64,000 nt of DNA from Catajapyx aquilonaris (lineage: Eukaryota): positions 1-64,000 of the forward strand of contig KZ538391.1 of NCBI GenBank assembly GCA_000934665.2, read 5' to 3'. Made by a program: the position numbers and the translations under genes. The notes below the pieces were generated by a model. The model was not told the origin of the DNA and made no database searches. It saw only the letters and a program-made list of their open reading frames with translations. This document shows, in pieces, positions 63,833 through 64,000 of this stretch (position 1 is its first letter; every line of letters starts with the position of its first letter).

Positions 63833-64000
63833 CTGCAACAATGCAACACACACTTTACGTAACAGAAACTTATAAACTTTTAAACAGTACGTTGCAAAGT
63901 AGAGCCGCTGATTCAACAACGCAATACGAAAACCTATGCAAGTTCCTTATTGCTATGTCAAGTAAACTTAATAATGGCGCAATAAAAACTTTCTAGAAAT

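Overview
Eukaryotic genomic DNA, most likely from an arthropod. The insect-type myosuppressin [16 protein letters not shown] points to a hexapod or hexapod-like pancrustacean. I reconstructed six intron-containing genes by hand from GT-AG sites and frame continuity. They are SDA1/SDAD1 (-, 14487-17050), a GT10 alpha-1,3-fucosyltransferase (-, 18731-20898), mitochondrial acyl-CoA synthetase ACSS3 (-, 26826-30224), a divergent SPOP/roadkill-like MATH-BTB-BACK protein with an unusual CxC-repeat coiled-coil tail (+, 32663-37056), the myosuppressin precursor (+, 49457-51631, absent from the ORF track in its spliced form) and the 3' part of C2CD5/CDP138 (-, 56699 to beyond the window). Introns and intergenic DNA carry many small non-autonomous transposons (MITEs, DINE-1/HINE-like elements, a tRNA-Ser-derived SINE) and several tandem arrays. 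The most striking unexplained signal is the gene-free first ~14 kb. It holds a cluster of ecdysone-response-element-like IR1 palindromes (AGGTCAWTGA x4 plus variants), repeatedly paired with CRE palindromes (TGACGTCA), CCAAT boxes, GAGA and G-tracts, plus a 13-unit ~130 bp array carrying a CRE-like site in most units. This looks like a modular hormone-responsive enhancer field for a gene outside the window. No prokaryotic system (CRISPR, operon) is supported. All identifications come from sequence reading and family knowledge, not database searches.
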